Sequence record: MF459647.1
Strand: one strand, 5' to 3'
Length of the DNA stretch: 64,000 nucleotides
Below the pieces are notes generated by a model that was given only the letters and a program-made list of their open reading frames with translations, was not told the DNA's origin and searched no databases. Made by a program: the position numbers and the translations under genes. Positions 10,058 to 17,686 of the stretch are shown piece by piece; position 1 is the first letter of the stretch; every line of letters starts with the position of its first letter.

Positions 10058-10948
10058 ATGGCTATTCTGATTAAATTCAACAACCCCAATGCTGATGACA
10101 TTACCCTGAATGTCTATCGAGCAGATGCTGAAATGGACCGCAGCAAACTTCCGGCTCCGCTGGCTACCTTAACCGGTCGCCCAACTGAGTTCCTGGACAA
10201 AACTGCTGTGCAGGGCAAAACCTACTTCTATATCTTCGAAGCTATCGGTAACAACGACCGTGACATCTCTCGCAACATTAAACTGATTGCAGCAGAAACA
10301 CGCGGTCCAGGCAACAACATTCTGAAAGAAGGCACTCGTGAGCTAGGCCACTATGACGTGATGCCGGCGTCTGACCTGCTGGATTACCAACAGCTGTTTG
10401 CTAAGATGGGTAACCCTGCTGGCTTTACAGCGAGTAACTTCACGAACTGGGTTAAGTTTGCACGCAAAGGGAAAGTCTTCTTTGTGCCTTCATCACCTAT
10501 TGGGGTAGCTATGCCTCAGGCAATGAAAGATGCCGGCTTTATGGGTGACGGTAAGATTATTGAACAGAACGGGTTCAAATACCGTGTTCGTTTAGCACGC
10601 GGTTGCAGTGAAACCGATGCCGAAGCGACGACGTTCCTGGCGGATAAAGTCGCGTTGACTAACTACGACATGGATACATTTGATATCAGTTGTGAATTCA
10701 ACGATCTGGTGTACCCGCTGTTAAACGTTACGCCGTTAAAACAACGGTTGTCAAATAAACTCAATGGCAGCATCAAAACGATAACAGGTAGTCGCTTTGT
10801 TCCTGTAAAGGAAGCATTGGCTGATTCGTCTCCGGTGTCCCGTACCTATTACGACGCAACCGATCGTACCCAGGCGACGTGTCTTCGTGCTATTGCTCTT
10901 AACGTGGCTTGTGCGTTCTGGCCGGTATTAGAACTGATTGAGGGCTAA
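10058..10948 (+). CDS. Tail/baseplate paralogue, type C2
   Basis: Closest relative of 5562-6458 (same motifs, same PVLELIEG end). Confidence 0.65.
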   Translation: MAILIKFNNPNADDITLNVYRADAEMDRSKLPAPLATLTGRPTEFLDKTAVQGKTYFYIFEAIGNNDRDISRNIKLIAAETRGPGNNILKEGTRELGHYDVMPASDLLDYQQLFAKMGNPAGFTASNFTNWVKFARKGKVFFVPSSPIGVAMPQAMKDAGFMGDGKIIEQNGFKYRVRLARGCSETDAEATTFLADKVALTNYDMDTFDISCEFNDLVYPLLNVTPLKQRLSNKLNGSIKTITGSRFVPVKEALADSSPVSRTYYDATDRTQATCLRAIALNVACAFWPVLELIEG

Positions 10949-10950
10949 TT

Positions 10951-11916
10951 ATGGCAGTCATTATTAGTTGGAAGCCCATAGCCAACGCCGACAAGATTCG
11001 CGTGTATCAATCAACTACTCCGTTCACGTTTGCAGACATTGCCGGGAACCCCGCTATTACCATGGTAGAAGTGCCCGGGACTGATGTTAGCAAAGCTGTG
11101 ACCATCCCACGTAATAACGTGCACTGGTTCGCGTTGTCAGCGGTTGATGCAGACGGTCTGGAGTTGTTCTGTGAAGTGTTCCCAATGGGTAACTTCCCTA
11201 ACACCGGACCTGGGCCGGATACCATTCTTCGTGGTAACTGGGATTTCGGTTTGTTTGGTGAGCTTTCTACCGAACAGCTGTTTACTAATGCTGAACTAGG
11301 TGCAGGAATTGTTGCAGCAGGTGCGACCGTTGATAACGTTACCAGCGGCAACCGTATCACCAAGTGGTTTAAGTGTATCGTTAACGGGAAGATTCTGTTT
11401 ATCCCAAATAACTACGTTTATCTCATGCCTGAAGGTGGCGATAAACCGACCCTGTTAGCCCAGCGTAAGTTGAGCATGACCGCCGGGTTTCCGGGTGCAG
11501 CTGTTCTAAGCAAGAACGGCAATGATTTCATGTATCGTTTACCGTCCTATACCCGAAGTGTGCCTGCTGGGCAAATCACGCAGCCAGCCTCTGACGATAT
11601 CTTGAGTTCTGAAGCCGGGATGATTGCGGCATTAGAAACAGGGGCATTGAAAATTGGGCGAAACAGCGTGGGGGTTGGGCGCACTCCGTATAACGTGTGG
11701 GATAACCTCGGTGATATGGTCTTGGGTTCAACTGGTAACACCCCGCTGGCAACGGCGAACTATTATTCAGTAAGTTCGAACATGCAATGGGGTGTGCACT
11801 GCATGATTCCTCGTGATGGGTCGTACATGACCTACGGGATTCAGCAGTGGTTCCAGAACAGTAGCGTCTCCTACGGTAACTTCTACGTCATGCCGATTCT
11901 TGAATTGGTCTTCTAA
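10951..11916 (+). CDS. Tail/baseplate paralogue, type D2
   Basis: FPNTGPGPDTILRGNWDFGLFGEL, KCIVNGKILFIP, FMYRLP, MPILELVF. Confidence 0.65.
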   Translation: MAVIISWKPIANADKIRVYQSTTPFTFADIAGNPAITMVEVPGTDVSKAVTIPRNNVHWFALSAVDADGLELFCEVFPMGNFPNTGPGPDTILRGNWDFGLFGELSTEQLFTNAELGAGIVAAGATVDNVTSGNRITKWFKCIVNGKILFIPNNYVYLMPEGGDKPTLLAQRKLSMTAGFPGAAVLSKNGNDFMYRLPSYTRSVPAGQITQPASDDILSSEAGMIAALETGALKIGRNSVGVGRTPYNVWDNLGDMVLGSTGNTPLATANYYSVSSNMQWGVHCMIPRDGSYMTYGIQQWFQNSSVSYGNFYVMPILELVF

Positions 11917-11925
11917 GGATATCCA

Positions 11926-12780
11926 ATGAGCATTACTATTAACTTTCGTAACCGCAACATTGATGCCCTGGATGAGATTCGTATTTACCGTACGGAGAAC
12001 CGGGGTGTTGCACCAACCCTGATTGCGACCATTACCAACGACAAGGTCTTTTACAAGGACACAACAGCCCAGTACAACCAACTGTACTTCTATCAGACCG
12101 GTGCGGTGTATCAAGGTATCGAAAACCGCAGCGAACTGTTCCCGGCTATTGCGTTCCGTAATAATGACAACGGTCCGGGTCCACAAAAGCTCATTCGCGG
12201 TAACTTTGAGTTTGGGCTGTTTGGTCCGGTGGACATGAATGACCTGCCGTCGTTTGATGCAGTGTCGGTATCAGCAGGTGTTACCCGTAACGTTACGGGT
12301 AACCCAACGGTGGCGCTGAAGTGGTGTATTAATGGCAAAATCATTTACACCTTTAATGCTGCGTTCCACACAGGCATCTCCAAAGACAACCTGAAGAAGC
12401 TGTTCATTGCTGCAAACAAAGAGTCGGACTTCTTCAGTATCGACTTAGCGGGGAAAACCTTTAAAGTACGTCCGCCGTTTGCCACTACACTGCGTGGGGC
12501 CATCGTAGGGACCGGGGAAACCTATCCCCTGACGTGGTCAACGGATGTTCAGCAAAGTGAAGCAGGCGCGATTATGCGCAGCTATCTGGGGTCTGCTGTT
12601 ATCAAGGCCGGCGATCGGATGTATGACCTGGCTCCGTTACCGGCGGGTGGCTTCTGGACTAACACCTACTATGACCTGAACACATACTACATGTTCTATC
12701 TGGACGGCAACACAAGCGCCTATCGTGCATCCTCTGGAACGGGTCCTTTCTATCCGGTGTATGAACTGATGCTTGATTAA
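11926..12780 (+). CDS. Tail/baseplate paralogue, short type A
   Basis: GPGPQKLIRGNFEFGLFGPV, KWCINGKIIY, FYPVYELM. Confidence 0.65.
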   Translation: MSITINFRNRNIDALDEIRIYRTENRGVAPTLIATITNDKVFYKDTTAQYNQLYFYQTGAVYQGIENRSELFPAIAFRNNDNGPGPQKLIRGNFEFGLFGPVDMNDLPSFDAVSVSAGVTRNVTGNPTVALKWCINGKIIYTFNAAFHTGISKDNLKKLFIAANKESDFFSIDLAGKTFKVRPPFATTLRGAIVGTGETYPLTWSTDVQQSEAGAIMRSYLGSAVIKAGDRMYDLAPLPAGGFWTNTYYDLNTYYMFYLDGNTSAYRASSGTGPFYPVYELMLD

Positions 12781-12795
12781 TAAACTGGAGACTTA

Positions 12796-13380
12796 ATGAA
12801 AATTCCAAACATGCAGTTGTTTTTGGACAGGTTCATTAGCGTTAACAGAGTCAGGTATCGGCAACAGCCGAGCGTTTTGGCTATCCTCGACACATTGACA
12901 TTAAAGAACGTTATCTTCTCGAAGGTGCGTTCTGATATTGATGCGTTCGGGGAACTGGTGCGTACAGTGGACATGTACGTGCCAAAAGTCATGAAGGCCA
13001 TGGACCAAAGTTGGTTACCTGCCTACTACACCACTCCGCGTATCACCAACATGGTGACTACTGATGTGCAGGATGAAAACGATCTCATCACGCTCGAGGT
13101 ACCGGGGTTCTACTTTTACAAGGACCGTTACAGTAAAGTGCAGGGATGCGTGGTGGTGCCTGCCCAGATTAATTCGGAAGACATTGCGGATTACGTCAAG
13201 GACATGGTAAAGAATGCAAATGCTTACCAAATCAATGACGACCAAATCTCGGTAGCCGGTAACTTCTCTGAGGTTATTGTAGACACCCCCGCCATCTACC
13301 AACGACTCAAGCTTGTCCTTTCTCTGCGTGATTTCTCATTTAATATCCCCGACACGGACTACGGGGATTTGGGGGTCTGA
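12796..13380 (+). CDS. Type-B N-module protein lacking the core domain (B3)
   Basis: QLFLDRFISVNRVRY N-module and C-terminal IPDTDYGDL, with no GWRPVLE core. Confidence 0.6.
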   Translation: MKIPNMQLFLDRFISVNRVRYRQQPSVLAILDTLTLKNVIFSKVRSDIDAFGELVRTVDMYVPKVMKAMDQSWLPAYYTTPRITNMVTTDVQDENDLITLEVPGFYFYKDRYSKVQGCVVVPAQINSEDIADYVKDMVKNANAYQINDDQISVAGNFSEVIVDTPAIYQRLKLVLSLRDFSFNIPDTDYGDLGV

Positions 13381-13420
13381 ATTTTATGGACCGATTATTA
13401 TAACACCGAGGTAATTTATT

Positions 13421-14056
13421 ATGGGAATGCTTGACCAACGTCAGCTATTTCTGGATAAGTTCGTTGCGTATAACAAACAACGTTATGCCTCCGAACCTAA
13501 CAAAGTTGCGGCGTTCGATAACTTATCGTTGAGCGACGTCCAGTTCGGTACCATCACCAAGACGGAAGATAACGGCGTTTACAAACGCTCTTACGACCAC
13601 GTTAACTCAACTACTCGTAACTTCACGTCTGACCCGCAGCGTTTCAATGCAGCTAACCTGGCCAGCCAGTGGGTAACCACAGCCAGCCAGATGGCGGACA
13701 TTGCCGATGTGCGTGCTGCACCGCCGGGCATCTATTTCTACCTGGATGCGCTGAACAACAATGCTCGTACCCTGTGCGTGGTATATCCGTACGACTTCGA
13801 TACCAGTGACGATGTCGCGTTCAAAGATCAAATCTTCACCATGATCAACGGCGCGTGTAAATACGCACTGGATAAATCGGTCTTCGATATCCTGCCGTGG
13901 ACTCAGTCTGACCCGACGGACAAAATGACTTACGTTCAAGACGAAGTCATCGCGGGTTGGGTACTGACCATTAAAGGTACTCAGGATACGCTGGTCATTC
14001 CGGATACCGACTACGGCGATCTGATTAACGAACAAAACGGTGGCGTTGCGCCGTAA
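13421..14056 (+). CDS. Type-B N-module protein lacking the core domain (B4)
   Basis: RQLFLDKFVAYNKQRY N-module and C-terminal IPDTDYGDL. Confidence 0.6.
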   Translation: MGMLDQRQLFLDKFVAYNKQRYASEPNKVAAFDNLSLSDVQFGTITKTEDNGVYKRSYDHVNSTTRNFTSDPQRFNAANLASQWVTTASQMADIADVRAAPPGIYFYLDALNNNARTLCVVYPYDFDTSDDVAFKDQIFTMINGACKYALDKSVFDILPWTQSDPTDKMTYVQDEVIAGWVLTIKGTQDTLVIPDTDYGDLINEQNGGVAP

Positions 14057-14075
14057 TAACGTTTGTTACTGACTA

Positions 14076-14110
14076 GGTTAACCCCGCGATGGGGTTAACC
14101 TTTTCTCTTT
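14076..14110 (+). terminator. Rho-independent terminator
   Basis: GGTTAACCCC-gcgat-GGGGTTAACC followed by TTTTCTCTTT. Confidence 0.8.
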
Positions 14111-14129
14111 TCTGTTAAGGACATTTGAT

Positions 14130-15005
14130 ATGGACGCAAACCTGCAACTCTTCCTTGACAAGTTCATTGAGGTGAATAAGCAGAAGTATGCTGATGAACC
14201 TGAAGTGCTTGCTCTTCTGGAAGGATTGACACTGGCGGATGTTGTTTTCGACAGCATCGAAATCGATGAGAGTTTAGGCGAAGGCGGTCGTATTGCCAGC
14301 TTCCATTCTCCTTCCCGTAAATTCAATGCCCCGCAACAACAGTGGCTTTGTTCAACTCTCCAGGGTAAGAACGTCGTTACCTTTACTGATGCAAAAGTGT
14401 TTGATGACAAAGCATCGGTAAAAGCACTGACGGCACCAGGCGTCTACCTGCACAAAGCAGGCGACGCCACAGCGGTATCGGTATTGACAGCTGAAGACGT
14501 TGCCGATGTTGACACTGCAACGCAAAACATCATTGCTGCTTTGACCGGCGCGGCGAATTATGAACTGAAGGTTGAAGACCTGCTGATTCCAACCTTTACC
14601 CTCGGAACAGATTTCGAAGGTCTGGTCAGTTCACACTGCATCGAAGACACGTTCAACGTGTACTTTATCCCGAAAGCGACAGCTCCGTCTGAACCGGGTG
14701 ACGGTGGTGAAACTGATCCAGGTACTGGCGGCGGTGAAACCGGTGGTGAAGGTGAAGGTGGCGAACCTGAAGTGGATCCTAACGAACCGGTAATCACGCC
14801 GGAAATGGAAGCCGAAGATAAAGCCCTGGCCGACCCAACTGCCGGTGGTATTTATTCTGACGTAGGTGACAAAGGGTTTGGTGTATTAACTGTACCGCGT
14901 GAAATCTCTGAAGAGACAGCCAACATCGCTACCATCACTGGTATGACGTTTGGTCTGGTAGGCGCTGGTTCTCTGCAGGTGGAGACTTTAAATGAAAACG
15001 CGTAA
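14130..15005 (+). CDS. Type-B N-module protein with Gly/Glu-rich linker (B5)
   Basis: QLFLDKFIEVNKQKY N-module; low-complexity GDGGETDPGTGGGETGGEGEGGEPE stretch. Confidence 0.6.
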   Translation: MDANLQLFLDKFIEVNKQKYADEPEVLALLEGLTLADVVFDSIEIDESLGEGGRIASFHSPSRKFNAPQQQWLCSTLQGKNVVTFTDAKVFDDKASVKALTAPGVYLHKAGDATAVSVLTAEDVADVDTATQNIIAALTGAANYELKVEDLLIPTFTLGTDFEGLVSSHCIEDTFNVYFIPKATAPSEPGDGGETDPGTGGGETGGEGEGGEPEVDPNEPVITPEMEAEDKALADPTAGGIYSDVGDKGFGVLTVPREISEETANIATITGMTFGLVGAGSLQVETLNENA

Positions 15006-16341
15006 GCATATTAACGAAATCTTCCTGGAAGCTTTAGCGGAGTGGTTGCGTAAACAAGATCGTGAAGCTGACGCGAAAATCATTGACGGTATCGATCCTA
15101 CTACCTTTGTCCGCAGTGGTTATAAGTCCAACAACATCTACGGCAGCAGCGGTAACCCGAACAAAGGTAACGGTGGCAAAGTCACCATTAACCAGCTGGG
15201 TTATACTGCACAGGTAACCAAACGTACCGGCGAAGTCATGAACGGTCGTGTGCTGTCGCTGGCTGATTTCGTTGCGCAGATTCCACCGGAAATCCGTCCT
15301 AAGTTTATCGGTGATTTGGGTTCAAGCTCCAGCACCGTTTGGGATCCGACTTCGGTAGGTTTGGACATGGGTCGTCCGGGCTGTCGTTGCTTTGGTCAGA
15401 TGGGTGCCAACGGTCATGCATTTATCGTGGTGGTAGGTTCCGATGAAGACAGCACCGATCCAGCCGTGATTGAAAAGTACCTGCCGTTTACGTTCGGGTT
15501 CACTAAATCCGACATCTTTGCAGGCAGTGCGTACGGCGCGGAAACCTATTTCCGTAACTCCAACAACCTGTTTAACTGCACCTTCAGCGCGCTGGTATGG
15601 AAATCCACTTCACCGGCTCCTGAGCAGAAACCGGTTAACCAGGACCTGCCGATTCTGACGTACTCTACTCCGACCAACAAAGCACCGAGCGCACGTTATC
15701 GTAAAGTGCCGGCGTTGAACCTAACGGTTGACTGGGAAGTGCTGCGTGGTAAGTACACGTCGAAAGTTCACTATAACCAGCTGTGGATTGACGTGGTAGA
15801 AGCTGCGCTGCGTAAAGCCGGTGATAACTACAACGCCGATCTGATTAAACGTATTAATCCGGAAACCTTTGTTCCATTCCAGATTAAGAACGACACAACG
15901 AACAAGAAGTACACCTACCTCGGCGCGCAGTGCAGTACGTCGAAGCTGTATTTCGAAAGCATCACTTTCAACATCTATCAGGCCGCTGCGGATTCTACCC
16001 GCATGTTCCTGTCAGACTTTGGTTGGGTGTATGCGCCGGAAGCGGGTATCTCTTGGAAACTTGTGGCGGACCAGGCAACGGCTACCGCCTACACCGGTAC
16101 GGACATTATTGCGGAGAATCAGTTCCATTACTTCTACCGCCATATTGCCAAAGGCACGAAGCTTACCAAGCAAATGCTGTTGGATTCGTTCCCGTTCCAT
16201 GCAGACGGTGTAGACTATCTTTACCAGACGTTTACGGATACCTTGACCAAAGCTTCCGCTAACTTCTATAACGAACTGCAGGAGAACATGTGGACCGGTT
16301 CTTCTACCATTAGCGTTAACGTTGTCGCTGATTTAGTGTAA
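14992..16341 (+). CDS. Hypothetical (probably virion) protein with an internal duplication
   Basis: Overlaps the previous stop codon; two copies of N..(F/W)....LRK....A..I..I(D/N)P.TFV. Confidence 0.55.
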   Translation: MKTRKHINEIFLEALAEWLRKQDREADAKIIDGIDPTTFVRSGYKSNNIYGSSGNPNKGNGGKVTINQLGYTAQVTKRTGEVMNGRVLSLADFVAQIPPEIRPKFIGDLGSSSSTVWDPTSVGLDMGRPGCRCFGQMGANGHAFIVVVGSDEDSTDPAVIEKYLPFTFGFTKSDIFAGSAYGAETYFRNSNNLFNCTFSALVWKSTSPAPEQKPVNQDLPILTYSTPTNKAPSARYRKVPALNLTVDWEVLRGKYTSKVHYNQLWIDVVEAALRKAGDNYNADLIKRINPETFVPFQIKNDTTNKKYTYLGAQCSTSKLYFESITFNIYQAAADSTRMFLSDFGWVYAPEAGISWKLVADQATATAYTGTDIIAENQFHYFYRHIAKGTKLTKQMLLDSFPFHADGVDYLYQTFTDTLTKASANFYNELQENMWTGSSTISVNVVADLV

Positions 16342-16347
16342 CCCCCT

Positions 16348-16396
16348 ATCACTCCTACCTCCGAAAGGGGGTGGGGGTGGTATAACAATAATTTTT
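16348..16396 (+). terminator. Terminator hairpin with GAAA loop
   Basis: ATCACTCCTACCTCC-gaaa-GGGGGTGGGGGTGGT gives a 15-bp stem only with four G-U pairs, which indicates an RNA-level structure on the + strand. Confidence 0.7.
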
Positions 16397-16417
16397 CAGA
16401 TCTACATTATTAATATG
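16391..16417 (+). promoter_or_regulatory. phiKZ-type early (virion RNAP) promoter motif
   Basis: ATTTTTCAGATCTACATTATTAATATG aligns without gaps to the copies at 30322, 53384 and 54038. phiKZ early promoters have a TATTAC-like core. Confidence 0.6.
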
Positions 16418-16464
16418 TAAGTTTAGCTGATATCTTTTTATGAGGTGTAAATGAGGTAACCATT

Positions 16465-17073
16465 ATGCCGCAAGTTGAATTTTTATACCGGGGAATTGTA
16501 AAGCTAAAAGGCAATACACTGCACTGGGATAATGACCAGAACAGCATTTCTCCTAAACGAACCCCCAACACTATACCGGTGCGAGTTACGTTAGAGCACC
16601 CGCCTAATTACGTATCTGTTACGCGATTAGGACGAGACTGTGTGGGAATCCAAATTAGCGACGGTACACAAACCGTTATTACCTTTATCAAAGAAGGGGT
16701 AAAATCTCGCTGCACGATTAACCGCGGCATCCGTGACCCGCTTGAGGGGTGGAGAGAATTTCAAGTGGTGTTGCTGTCTGAACATTGTAAGGCCATAAAC
16801 AAACTCTATAAGCCCATGAGCGGCTTTCTTAGTTTATTGATGTCTCAGTCACCTGAATTAAGAAAGTCCTTTAGAAGCTGGTTTAAGAGCGGAAATGAGG
16901 TATTTATCTTTGACTGCGAATTTTCTACACACCGTGACAAAGTTTATCACTTTCACGTTCTAATAGAGAACGAACGACACCCGGCTTTAATTGGGTTGCC
17001 GCTTCGTAGACTCTTTAAAAAGATTAAATCTATAAAAGATAAAGGGTTAACACATGAACCGTTGCACAGTTAA
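16465..17073 (+). CDS. Hypothetical protein, probably early
   Basis: 202-aa ORF with GAGG RBS downstream of the early-promoter motif; no recognisable motif. Confidence 0.6.
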   Translation: MPQVEFLYRGIVKLKGNTLHWDNDQNSISPKRTPNTIPVRVTLEHPPNYVSVTRLGRDCVGIQISDGTQTVITFIKEGVKSRCTINRGIRDPLEGWREFQVVLLSEHCKAINKLYKPMSGFLSLLMSQSPELRKSFRSWFKSGNEVFIFDCEFSTHRDKVYHFHVLIENERHPALIGLPLRRLFKKIKSIKDKGLTHEPLHS

Positions 17074-17635
17074 TCACATTGTACTTCGTCCAGTTTCAGT
17101 ACGTTCCATCACGCCTGTCTGTGGGGTTAGGACAGGGACCTTACGGTTTGAAATCAACAGCCAACAAGAGAGCGACGACAAACTCACATTTAGCTTTGAT
17201 GAAGATGTTATCGGTGTTGAGCTTTTCACCTTTAAGAACACCGGTATGATTGTTATCTTTCGTAAAGAGACTATCGCCTGTTATTTATGCCACACGGACC
17301 ATGTCACCATGAAACCGGTGGGAAAGCTGGAAACCTTTCCAGTGTTAGAACCCTATGACACACCCCGAGAAGTATACAGCTGGTTGGTTGGCAACATCTT
17401 AACCGACACTGAGAAGAAACTGTGGTTCTTTCATCAAGGCAGTGGTATCCGTAGTAAGTTAGGTACCATGCTGAACTTCATGATGATCAATGGTGACATC
17501 AAGCCTTTCACCGGCCCTTTTGGTGACAACACCCTGAGCTTTAAAGATCGGTTTGTACAAATTTCTAAACCGGACGGCCAAACGATTTATCAGTCCCGTG
17601 TGTCGTGTCTGCAAAAGACACTGTTGAAAAACTAA
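17054..17635 (+). CDS. Hypothetical protein, probably early
   Basis: 193-aa ORF overlapping the previous gene; ends before a palindromic hairpin. Confidence 0.6.
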   Translation: MNRCTVNHIVLRPVSVRSITPVCGVRTGTLRFEINSQQESDDKLTFSFDEDVIGVELFTFKNTGMIVIFRKETIACYLCHTDHVTMKPVGKLETFPVLEPYDTPREVYSWLVGNILTDTEKKLWFFHQGSGIRSKLGTMLNFMMINGDIKPFTGPFGDNTLSFKDRFVQISKPDGQTIYQSRVSCLQKTLLKN

Positions 17636-17650
17636 TTGTCACGAGACAAC

Positions 17651-17676
17651 CCCTACCCGTCCTAGGACGGGTAGGG
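17651..17676. terminator. Perfect 26-bp palindrome at a convergent junction (bidirectional terminator)
   Basis: CCCTACCCGTCCTAGGACGGGTAGGG between stop codons at 17635 and 17687. Confidence 0.75.
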
Positions 17677-17686
17677 TAGTTGTGAT

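Noticed and set aside
7371-10936. Identical 16-mer GCCGGTATTAGAACTG at 7371 and 10921
   Set aside because: It encodes the conserved PVLEL terminus, and other paralogues use different codons, so there is not enough evidence for a recombination site.
2829-13388. TATG late-promoter motifs at 2829, 8325 and 13385 upstream of array segments
   Set aside because: Positions are suggestive, but a 4-nt motif is too common to call without start-site data.
2901-16341. Diversity-generating retroelement or invertase shufflon acting on the tail array
   Set aside because: No reverse transcriptase, recombinase, non-coding template repeat or inverted cassette was seen, and all genes are co-oriented. Such elements could still lie outside the window.
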